Shown piece by piece: positions 15,876-26,165 of a stretch of DNA of 64,000 nt; within the stretch, counting starts at the first letter, position 1, and each line of letters begins with the position of its first letter. The stretch lies in NCBI GenBank assembly GCA_963847445.1, contig CAWJZV010000045.1:128001-192000 (forward strand). Reading direction: 5' to 3'. The notes under the pieces were generated by a model. The model was given only the letters and a program-made list of their open reading frames with translations. It had not been told where the DNA came from and searched no databases. The stretch comes from an uncultured delta proteobacterium. Its GTDB lineage: Bacteria; Desulfobacterota; Binatia; UBA9968. The translations under genes and the position numbers were made by a program.

Positions 15876-17230
15876 TTAGGACTGCGGCGAGGACTTGAGC
15901 TCGTCCATGTAGGTACGCATCTGGTTTTCGAAGAGTCTGTGCAGGGCCGGCTCAAGGTGATCTTCCGCGGGGAAGTCGATGCTTAGAGGATTAATATACT
16001 GTTGATCTTTATAAAGTTCGAAATGGAGGTGCGGCCCGGTGGTTCTGCCGGTGGAACCGACATAGCCGATCAATTGACCCTTGGTCACCGCTACGCCAGC
16101 TTGTATGCCTTCGGCAAATCGATCCAGGTGAGCGTAACGGCTAGAGTAAGTTGCGTCATGCTTGATGTCGATAGCTTTGCCGTAGCCGCCGTTCCAACCC
16201 GCCTCGGCGATGATGCCGTCACCCACGGCCCGAACCGGCGTGCCACGCTGGGCGGCAAAGTCGACGCCGGTATGGGCCAGGTTGGTGCGTAAAACTGGAT
16301 GAAATCTCGATTCGGTGAAGGGCGACGTGATCGCGCTGAATTCTAAGGGGAAGCGTAAGAAGGAACGCGCCAGACTGCGCCCCTCGTGATTATAATAGTT
16401 GCCAACGCCTTTTTGCCGCTCAAAGTATACCGCGGTGTACTTCTGGCCGGCGCTATTGAGTTCAGCCGCTAGGATACGAGCCCGGTCTTGGCTTCTTGGC
16501 CCTTGCGGCTGCGCTGCTCGTAGAGGATCTTGAAGTGGTCGCCTTTGCGAATGTCTTTTTCCAGGTCGATATCCCAGGTGAACAGGTCGGCAAGCTGGGA
16601 AAGCAGCGCCGGGTGGACACCGGCCTTGCGACCGTCGTCGAAGAGCGAGTTTTCAATCGATGCGCTGACCGTTTTCATTTCGACGTCGTAGGGCTTTTCA
16701 CGGCGCTGGACGAAGATGCCGCGGATGCCTTTTTCCAAGGTTAAGGTGAATGAGTCGTTTTGATCGATTTCCACCGCCTTGAGCTGGCCCCGGGCCACCA
16801 GGCCGCGACCGCGCACCAGTGACTTGCCAAAAAAGAGGTGCGCCTCTTTCCCGCCGGTAATGCTTCACTACCGATATTTCTGGTCATGGTGCGTGCCCAT
16901 AGCAGGCTTTCCGCTTTGGACACGTTGTGACGGTTCAATACGTCCGAAAGCGTCTCGCCGGGGCGTATACGGTAGTTAACCAGCTCGCGTTTATCCGAAA
17001 GATCAATGGGCCGCGGGCTTGGCTGGAGCAGTAGAGCGCGGTGAGCCTGGCCCTTGGTCGAGCCGCCTTACCGGCGCGCTGGCTTGAACCGACGCTGGCT
17101 TAGGAGCTTGTTTGCCGCGCACGGCTTGGTTCTGCGCTGAGAGTTGCTTGGCCGCTTCACTATCTAGTGGCGCAACCGCGAGTGCGGCAACGATCGCGGA
17201 GAACGCCAAAATTCTCGGAAAAATCGACAT
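15876..17230 (-). CDS. M23 family murein endopeptidase with LysM-like N-terminal region (frameshifted)
   Basis: HTGVDFAA, YAHL, GSTGRTTGPHLHFE; signal peptide MSIFPRILAF. Confidence 0.9.
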
Positions 17231-17309
17231 CCCTGGTTGTCCGGGGCGGCGATTATGGAGCTGCCCGGATGGTGTAGTTTGGCAAGCCATAGTACAACAA
17301 AGATTACAA

Positions 17310-17338
17310 CTTATAGTCTGTTAGGGCCGGGCTGTCAA
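17310..17338 (-). promoter_or_regulatory. Putative sigma70 promoter for the M23 gene
   Basis: TTGACA-N17-TATAAG on the minus strand. Confidence 0.5.
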
Positions 17339-17405
17339 CCTAAAATCGCTGCTAAAAAAAGTCCAATACCCCGGACAATTCGCGGTGTTAGGAGCGAATC
17401 TGGGC

Positions 17406-19956
17406 TTAGTCGGATTCCCTAAAAACGATGCGCCGCAGGGCGATCTCGACGAGCAAAAGGATGAAAGCCAGGATCAGCAGCGGCTGGCGCACCGGCTGGA
17501 AGTTCTTGGTCAGACTTTCACGCCGCAGGCTGTCTAGTGAGCGGGGATTGATTTCACCGCCGCTGCCTTCCGCCAATCTTGCGAGGAGCCGGTAGTTGAA
17601 TTCCGGTCGCGGCACTTCGGCGCTGCGGATCGTAAGCTAACGTGTAGGCGACCGGCGGGTAGGCGATGCGCTGGCCGGCTCGCTCCTCGGTCAGGTCGAT
17701 GCGGTAATCGCCGCTGGCGCTGGCTGGCAGGACCACCTGGAAATGGCCGGGCGCGAGTTTGTTTAGCGTGCCTTCGGTCTTGCCGCTCTTGCCGGCTGAG
17801 GAAAAGCGGAACTGGCTGTTGGCGCTGCTCTCTTCATAGACCGTCAGGTCGAGGATCGATTGCCCACCGGTGAAGCTGACCCGCGCTTCGTGCAACGGGA
17901 TCAGGTTCTGTTCGCTCGGGCTGAGCCATTCTAAGATCCGGCCCCAAAAACCCTGTAGTCCATCCCAGGGAACCCAGTTGCGCGTCCAGCGTCCCTCCAG
18001 ATCGCTGGTGAAAGCGACCGATTTGCCTTTGCCGTAGCGCCAAGAAGCGAGCAGCGGCGCGCGCCGATCATCGCGCGGAATGATTAGATCAGCCTGGGCG
18101 CCCCTTTTAACTTCGGTGTCCATATAGCCCAGCACCGCCGGATAATTTCTCACGCCGAAACCGGCCAACAGTTCAGAGCCGCCGGACTGTACTGGAATCA
18201 GCGGGCGATTGTCCTTGGGCTCGTCGCGGGGTTTGTCTTGGAGCTGTTCAAGAACGATCTGCGGCAGAGTCGATCGGATCGACGGTGTGGTGGAACAGGC
18301 CGCCGCCGTATTGGCTCACCCGCTTCATGATTCTGACATCCGCTTCATTACTGATCGCCACGGCGGAGACGGTGATTTTGCTATCGGTTTTCATCGCGCC
18401 GACCAGATCGACCAGTTCGCCCTTGGCTGCCGCGGGTGACGCCGTCGCTGAGCAGGATGACATGTTTGCGCGACGCGTTGGATCGCTCAAGCTGGCGTCG
18501 GGCTTCCTGCAATGCCGGCAGAAAGTAGGTTTGTCCGCCGGGCCTGAGCCGGTCGATTTGGCTGTCGATGACACCGCGCAGCCGCGCCATGGATTCCAGG
18601 TAGACGACGACAAACGGACTGTCGTCGAAACCGACGACACCCAATAGATCGATGTCTTTGAGCTGGCGCGCCACCGCTTTGGCGGCTTCCTTGGCGAATA
18701 GAATTCGATTGTCGTCGCGCATGCTGCCCGACTTGTCTATGACCAACACGACGGCGCGATTTTTTTCCGGCTGTTTGGGCGGTTCCTTCGGTTCTACCGG
18801 CAGGATTTTTTCAATTGGGGTTTGGCGATAGCTGTTCTGGGCGAAACTGGCGTCGGCACCGAGCATGATGAACGAGCCGCCGTCGGCGACATGGCGCTCG
18901 ACGCTGGCGAGGTAAGCCGCGGAAAAGCGCTCCCGCGGCACGTTATTAAATATCACGACTTTGTGCCCTGCCGGTGGCGGCGCACCATCGGCGCCACGAG
19001 AAACCACGTCAAAGCCCTGGCGGCGGACGATCTCGTCCAAGTAGCGGCCCGAGCCGCCGGCACCGTTAACGATCAGGACTTTCGCTTTTGTCCGCACGTT
19101 GACCCAGGCAAGCGCGTGATTGTCCGGCGTGAAAATATCGGCAGCCGCATCGACAGCGGCGAAGCTCGCTCGATAGGCGGTGAGCGCCTCGCTCGGTGAG
19201 ATTGGCTTGATAGCTAAGACTCTGGCTTCCCGGCCGCAACTTGATCCGGTCGGTTTTGAACGGTTGACCGTTGCTGGTCAGGGTCAACACGCCGTCGACC
19301 GGGCGGTCGTTCTGGTTGTCCAAGCTGACTCTTAAATTGAGCAATTCGCCGCTCATGCCCTGGCTGGGCGCGATCACTCTGGTCACGGCGACATTGGCGA
19401 TGGCCGGCCGTTCGGCCGGCAGCATGGGATAAATTCTAATGCCGGCGGCGGCCGCGGCCGGCAGCAGCCGCTCAACGTTGCCATCGGTTTCCCAGCCATC
19501 GGTAAATAAGAAAACCGAGCGCGGCGCCGCCGGCAGGGCGAGGAGCGAAGTTAAAAGATTCTCCAGATTGGTCTTGTCCGGCTGGCTGGCGCTGGAGTCG
19601 CCGCTGAGAGCCTCGTTGCAGATTGGCGCTTTCCTTGGCCGCGCCGGCGAAAGTATAGATGCGGTCGCTCGTTGCCAGGCGCCAGTTGCTTGGTCATGCT
19701 TGCCATCCAGGGGCGCATGCTCGGCGGCACGCTGCGCGAGACATCGTAGGCGAAGATCCGTTCTTCCTGGCGCGATTGCTGGCTCGTGGTCTGCGGATCG
19801 GCAAGGGTGAGAATCACCAGCGCCAAGATCACCGTGCGCGCCAGCAAGACCCACAAACGCCGGTCGCCCAAGCGCAGCCAGAGCACCGGCAGCAAGAGCA
19901 AGAGCCAGAGAAAATAGGGCCGGGCGAACTCGATATTGGCGAAGACGATTGTTCAT
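17406..19956 (-). CDS. Membrane protein with VWA domain(s) and a glutamine-amidotransferase-like domain (frameshifted)
   Basis: VLVIDKSGSM MIDAS, VILLSDG, FLFTDG, PLLASWRYGKGKSVAFTSD; C-terminal TM LLLVEIALRR. Confidence 0.8.
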
Positions 19957-21777
19957 GACCGTTGTGCCACCCGCGCCGGGACGCGCCAGAGTTTTATCGA
20001 AAGCCATGCGCGGGCTCAAGAACCATTCGAGCAGCAGCAGCGCTAACGACGCGATCAATAGATAGGGCCAAAAGGAAAACAGCACCGACGCGCTGGCGCC
20101 GCTTGGGCTGCCGCCGCCGATGGCGACGGGCGCCGGCGTCCGCAGGTCGGACTCGCCGCGATCGAGCAAGTTACGGGCGATATAGCTGGCGCTCGCCGCC
20201 GCGGTTCAATTGATAGATGCCCTGGTAAAACGCCCCGCCAAAAAATCCCGCCCCTGGAGTTATCGCCAGGCTCTTGCCGCCCGGCAGGAGGATTTGATCG
20301 CCGTGTTGAGCTTTGCCGAGAAAGATCGCCTCGCCGGTGGCTTGGCTTTTGCCGCTGCGGCTGTCGAAAAACCAGTCGAGCAGATTCAAGGTGAACACCG
20401 ACATCGGCAAGTTGTCGCGCCCCAAGTACGGAAACGGATCGAAACCGACGGTGAGGTAGCGCACCCCTTGCCGTTCGCTGGCGAATGCCAGTGGGCCAGC
20501 GGCGCTGTCGATGACGATATCGCCGGCGGTTTGCGGCTTGAGCGGACGGGCGTAGGCCGGCCGGAACAGATTGAAATTGACGTAGCGGGTCAGCACATGC
20601 GGGATCGCGCCAGTTGGAGACGGTGACGTTGCTCACCGGCGCTCCGAGATCGACCAAGGAGCTGCTTTCCGGCGGCAGAATGAACAGCGCCGCGGTGGGC
20701 GGCAGCGCCGCCGGGGTGGCGAAATGATAAATCTCCAAGCCGTAGCCGGCGCGCTCGACTTTGTCATAGTCGGCGGGCGCGACGATATCGATCTGCACGC
20801 CGGGGATCGCTTTTAGACTTTCCAGCTCGCGTGGCCGCGGCGTAATTCCCAGTATGCGCAGGTTGCGCGATGCCGGCGCCACGGCGAAGCGCCGGTTGTC
20901 GACGGGCAAAGCGTCGCGGTTGGCGATCTCGGCTTCGTAGCTCGGGATGGTCGGCAATACCCTCGAAGGAAACTGCCGCGGTCTTGCCGGTGCCGACGAC
21001 GATCTCGCGGTGCGCCAGTTCGGCGCCGTTGCCTTTTAGAAGTATTTTGATTTTCTCATCGCGCTCGGAATAGTTGGCGACTTCGACCGACGCTTCCAAG
21101 CGGGCGTTGACCAGCGACGAGCGCTGCACGTCGAAAGCCGTCAGCGCGAAGTTGGCGCGCGGTTGGCCGACGGTGATCACTCGCGCGACGGCGCTTTGGC
21201 CGCGCGCCGGGCGATCGGTAAGCAGATATACCCGCTGATATTTGTGCTGGCGCGCCAGTTGCGCCAGCACATTGTCGTAATCGATCGGCGCTTCGCCCAA
21301 GTCGTAGGGCGCTTAGCTTGCCGATGATCGCGTCGCTTCGCTGGGCGAGAGCGGCACGGCGTGAACTTTCTCCAGTGTCGGTGTGGTCAGATAGAGATCG
21401 ACTTTGCCGCCGGCGCCGAGTTCGCCGGCCAGCGCGTTGGCCCGCTCTTGCGCCAGCGAAAAGCGCGTCTTGCCGTCTTCCAGCGCCTGCATGCTCGCGG
21501 AATTGTCCAAAATGATGGCGATGTTGGTGGGCCGGATCGACAACACCGGTTCGCTCAAGGCGAAAATCAACAGCGCCAACAGCAATAGTTGCAGGAAAAA
21601 TAGCGGCGGCAAGTGGATTCGCCCCCAAGGTTTGGCGCTGGCCGATTCGCCGGCTTCGATAAACAGCAGCAAGCTCGAAAACGCCAGGCGCTGAGGTTTG
21701 CGCCGGATCAAATACGGAATCAGCAGCAGCGGCAGCGCCAGGAGACCGAACAGGGCGGTGGGATTGAGAAATTCCAT
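19953..21777 (-). CDS. BatA-domain / VWA membrane protein (frameshifted)
   Basis: MEFLNP...PLLLIPYLIRRKP...FSSL BatA N-terminus; IILDNSASM; C-terminal LLLLEWFL. Confidence 0.82.
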
Positions 21778-21781
21778 TGGC

Positions 21782-22676
21782 TTATTTAAACAGGCCGATG
21801 GCCGGCAATGTGGCGAAGACGAAGTCGCTTAGATCGCGATCGGTGACATACAGCGAATAGTGGATACCGCTTTGATGGCAAAAACTGCGCAGCTCGGCAT
21901 TGTGATGGGCCAGCTTAGACTGATAATCGCTGGCGCGCCTCGGCGTTCCACTGATACTTGATTTCCTGCTCGGTCTCGCTGTCGACCAAGGCCAAGCTGC
22001 CGTTGGGAAAGCGCGGATCGACTTCGTGGCGCGACAGGATTTGAATGACGGCGATGTCGAGATTGAAGGCGCGCAGTAAATTCAAGCCGGGCTGATAGGA
22101 TGCCGCCGGCATCAAGAAATCAGAGATCAAGATCGCTTTGCCCGGCCGGCGCATTTTCTTCAAATGGTCGGCCAACGCGGGTGCCAGTTGCAGGGCGCCG
22201 CCTGGGGTTGCCGAGGTGGCGAAGTTGACGCAGTCGGTCATGCGCCGCCGGCCGCGATAGAATGGCGTAGTGTTGGCGCGGCTGTTCTCTTGCAGCAAGT
22301 GCAGCTTCACATGGTCGTGATTGGCGAGAACGACATAGCTCAGCGCCAGAGCGACATGAGTCGCCGGCAGAAACTTCAGTTCCCGCGACGGGTAGCCCAT
22401 GGACGCGCTGGCGTCGATGAAGACATAGGCGAACAGGTCGACTTCTTCGCGAAAAAGTTTCACGTAGAGCCGGTCGGTGCGCGCGTAGATGCCCCAGTCG
22501 AGATAACGCAAGTCGTCCCCCGGCGTGTAACGGCGGTAGTCGGCGAACTCCAAACTGGTGCCGCGCCGCGGCGACGAGTAGCTGCCCGGATGGCTACCGA
22601 GAAATTCCTTGCGCGTGCGCAGGCGCAGAGTTTCCAGCTGAGTGAGAAAGTGCGGTGTGAAGGGGCTGGGCAGCAT
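21782..22676 (-). CDS. DUF58 domain protein (MoxR-associated)
   Basis: GTSLEFADYRRYTPGDDLRYLDW, IDASASM, LISDFL. Confidence 0.92.
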
Positions 22677-22690
22677 GTTTTCTATCCAGT

Positions 22691-23386
22691 TTACTCGACG
22701 TAGGCGATGGGGTCGATCACGCCGGCTTGGCTAAATCCTTTGACGCGCAGCTGGCAGCTATCGCATAGGCCGCAGGCGCGGCCATCTTGGCTGGGATCGT
22801 AGCAGCTCCAGGTCAGACCATAGTCGACGCCGAGCTCGATTCCTTTGGCGATGATGGCGGCCTTTGTCATGTGCAAAAGCGGCGCGTGGATTTTCAACCG
22901 GCTTTCACCTTCGACGCCCGCCTTGGTGGCGAGATTGGCCATGGCTTCAAAGGCGCGGATATATTCTTCGCGGCAGTCGGGGTAGCCGCTGTAGTCGAGC
23001 TGATTGGCGCCAAAGAAAATGTCGATGGCGCCGATGCGTTCGGCCAAGGCGAGACCGAAGGACAAAAAGATCGTGTTGCGCGCCGGCACGTAGGTCACCG
23101 GGATGCCCTGGGAGATTTCCGCTCGCGCTGCGGCTTTTGGGCACGTCGATTTGATCGGTGAGCGCCGAACCGCCGATGGCGCGCAGGTCGAAATCGATCA
23201 CCAAGTGGCTACTGGCATTCAAGAAGTCCGCGACGCGCTGCGCCGCGTCGATCTCGCAAGCGTGACGCTGGCCGTAGCGGAAGCTGAGCGCATGAATCGC
23301 GAAGCCGGCTTGTTGGGCGATAGCGCGGCGGCGGTCGCCGAATCGACGCCGCCGCTCAGCAAAACGACGGCAGGTGTGCCAGACAT
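22691..23386 (-). CDS. queC: 7-cyano-7-deazaguanine synthase (frameshifted)
   Basis: [30 protein letters not shown]...CGLCDSC. Confidence 0.95.
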
Positions 23387-23389
23387 AGA

Positions 23390-23873
23390 TTAAGAGCGCG
23401 GAACTTTGCTGCCTTCCATGGGGTAGCGTTTCTGATACCAGCCGACAATGCCTTCGTTGAGCACTTTCATGTTGCGATAACCGTTTTCGTGGAGCATGCC
23501 ATAGGCCAGACTGGCCAGGTGATGGGGGCATGCTCAATAGAGTACCACCGGCCGGTCGCGCGGAATGCTTTTTAAATATTCTTTGAATGCTGCCAGCGGA
23601 ACCGATTGGGCGCCCAGGATATGAACTTCGTCGAACTCTTCTTTGGTGCGGACGTCGATAAAGAATCGGTTTAGCGCCAGCTTTGATGTCGGCAATCAGT
23701 TGATCGATGCCGACAAACTCGGGCGTGACATCGGCCGGCAGAGTCTGTTGGGCGATACTCGGGATACTTCGACGGATCGGCATTGGCCGCCGGGCGCGAA
23801 CCCAGCAGGATCAAAGCCAGCGCGAGAGTTGCACGGCGCTACTATATGATATCCGGTCTACGGTTCGCTTCAT
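23390..23873 (-). CDS. Probably exported rhodanese-domain protein; candidate selenoprotein (UGA at the active site)
   Basis: FIDVRTKEEFDEVHILGAQSVPL...DRPVVLY-TGA-ACPHHLA...KVLNEGIVGW; the frame stays open 48 codons past the TGA; upstream indels. Confidence 0.8.
23492..23536 (-). promoter_or_regulatory. Putative bacterial SECIS hairpin
   Basis: UGA at 23536-23534; GAGCAUGCC pairs with GGCAUGCUC (9 bp); upper stem GGCCA-GUC-UGGCC with an apical G. Confidence 0.65.
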
Positions 23874-24749
23874 GGTTTTAGTCCCTGGGCGGCTATATTT
23901 GCTCATTTGCGCTAACGTATCCAAGGATTGGACGCCGGTGGTACGCTGGCCGTTAATGATCCAGGTCGGATAACTTTTGAATATCCTTCTCCTTGCAGAC
24001 TGCCGCAAGCGGTCCCTGTGCGCCGCCTGGGCTGCACTCGACATAGGGAATGCGCTTGCCTGAGCTGCCGAATAACTGTTTCTGCTCGTTGCAATGCGGA
24101 CACCAGGAGGCGCCGTAAAACTTCGCCTCGGTTTTCGTCAAGTGCTCCGCTAGTCCTTTGATCCAGGGGTCTTCGGGGCCGGGGGCGTTGCCCCAGTAGC
24201 CGGCGAAGTAGAGATGCAGCGCAACGATCGATCGCGGCGCCAACGCCGACGCTCTTGACCTAACCATGGACCCCAGGAAAAGTTCGGCAAGATTCGCCGG
24301 TTTTTGCAGGGTGGTCATGATGAAGATGACCGCCATGAGGCCGAGGGAAGTGAGGCAATAGGGGCAGGCCGCCTTGAGTTCGAAAGAATGATATCGAAGT
24401 CAGGTAGAGACTAAAAAGCAGACCGAAGAGCGAGATCACCCAAGCCCAGCGCCATTGGTTGTCCGCGTAACGGTTCCAAGCCACCGCGGCGAGCAGGCCG
24501 TAGGTTAACAATCCCCAGAACGAAGTCGGCATGCCGAACGAGCGTCGACCATCGGCTGTTCAAGACGACATCGCAGCCGCTGCCTTCGACGCAGAAGGCG
24601 ACGAGCTTCTCCGCCCAGGCGGTGTAGGTGAGATAGGCGGACAAGATCATACCCAACACCGCTAGGGCGAAGAGCGGCCAGTTGGGGCCATCGCGCAGGA
24701 GCGCTTTCGCCGGTTGTTTACCTTTGGATTTTTTCTTGTCGCTAGCCAT
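23870..24749 (-). CDS. VKOR (vitamin K epoxide reductase family) fused to a thioredoxin-like domain (frameshifted)
   Basis: C-x5-C loop (CVEGSGCDVVLNSRWS), TM helices, CPYC, then YGASWCPHC...YVEC...C...YPTW. Confidence 0.9.
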
Positions 24750-24752
24750 CGA

Positions 24753-25400
24753 TCATCCTTTCAACAGGGTTTCAATATCGTTTCTCAGCCGCGCTAGACC
24801 ATCCATCTCGCGGCTGTCGTAGTAGCCGCGGATCTGCGCTTGCTGATCGATCAAGACAAAGCGCGGGCTATGCGGAATCATGCCGCTCTGCTCGGCGCCA
24901 GAGGGAAACGCCGCGACGCTCAAGTGAAAGCCGTCGCGGACGAGCTTGATGACTTGATCCCGCTGGCCGGTAAGAAAATACCAGCGCTGCCGATCGGCCT
25001 CATGTTTGTCGGCGTAGGCGCTTAGCACTTGCGGCGTATCCCGTTCCGGGTCGACACTGACGGATACGAATTGGACATTAGATTGCGCCGCGAACTCTTT
25101 TTGCAGCTTGGCCATGGCCGCTGTCTGCAAGGGACAGGTGTCGGTGCAGGTCGTATAAATAAAATCGGCGATCCAAATCTTGCCGCGCAGGTCGGCCAGA
25201 TTCACGTCTTTGCCACTGCGTTCGGTCAGTTTGAAATCCGGCACTGATCCATATTGCTTCAAACCATCATCGCCAGCGCGATTGACCAAGCTGATCCGCG
25301 TCTGCGGCCCGAGCTTCAGCCACAGTGCCGTGCCGAGGATCACGCCCATGGCGATGACGGCGGCACCGAGCAGAAAGAAACGGGTTTTCGGATCGTTCAT
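24753..25400 (-). CDS. SCO1/SenC family protein
   Basis: N-terminal TM, FIYTTCTDTCP (CxxxC), VSVDPERDTP, HSPRFVLID. Confidence 0.92.
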   Translation of the reverse strand: MNDPKTRFFLLGAAVIAMGVILGTALWLKLGPQTRISLVNRAGDDGLKQYGSVPDFKLTERSGKDVNLADLRGKIWIADFIYTTCTDTCPLQTAAMAKLQKEFAAQSNVQFVSVSVDPERDTPQVLSAYADKHEADRQRWYFLTGQRDQVIKLVRDGFHLSVAAFPSGAEQSGMIPHSPRFVLIDQQAQIRGYYDSREMDGLARLRNDIETLLKG

Positions 25401-26165
25401 TAGTAAAGGTCAATTACGACAACGGATTTTATCGGTTAATGGGGCGTTTGTGTAGAGCGGCGGGTGGGAAATCATGACGACCGCAGGTTTGGGGGTGTTC
25501 CATAGTGGAAGTGGTTGGTTAAGGTCAATCCATACGAGCGAATAGCGGGGAAGCGATCAAAGCGAGTTTATCCGAGGAAAGCACGGACAGCCTCTTAATT
25601 AACCTGTGACCGAACCTCAGTTAACCGGGGTATTCGCCTATGAGTATAGATTGCGAAGGATTTTGATGTCCATTTTACGACGGTGGGTTGAATCCTTAGG
25701 CAGCTAGTGAATCGAGAGGGTGCTGTCCGTGGGTGTTCGAGTCACTTTAGGAACCTACCCAATATCAACGAAGGGGACCAGTGATTTGGCCGGAGCTAGG
25801 TGACGAAGTGCTTTGGGACATTGTTTACATTAAAGCAGCCTAGTCGTTCAAACCGGCTTTTTTCTCCGACAGTTTTTCTTAAGCAGGTGGCATTGATCTG
25901 CGATTTAAACCGTCGCGAAGCTGCGGTTCTGAGCCGCACCCCTGAAAAAGTCGAATCCACCACGTTCGATGTCCGCAGGTCGCTTTGCTTTCGTCCCAAC
26001 CACTCGGTCACTGCCTGCTCTAACAGGCAGCTCGCGTTTCAAATCTCGAGAAAGTTACGCCTTACGATCTTCTATTTCCATACCTTTGGATAATAGCTCT
26101 CTTAAGTCCGGTCATAATAAGTGAATGGATAGAAATGGATTTTTCTCGATGACGAATCAGTTGTT

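Noticed and set aside
25796-26093. Short ORFs in the AT-richer spacer
   Set aside because: No RBS or motif; cannot be distinguished from chance.
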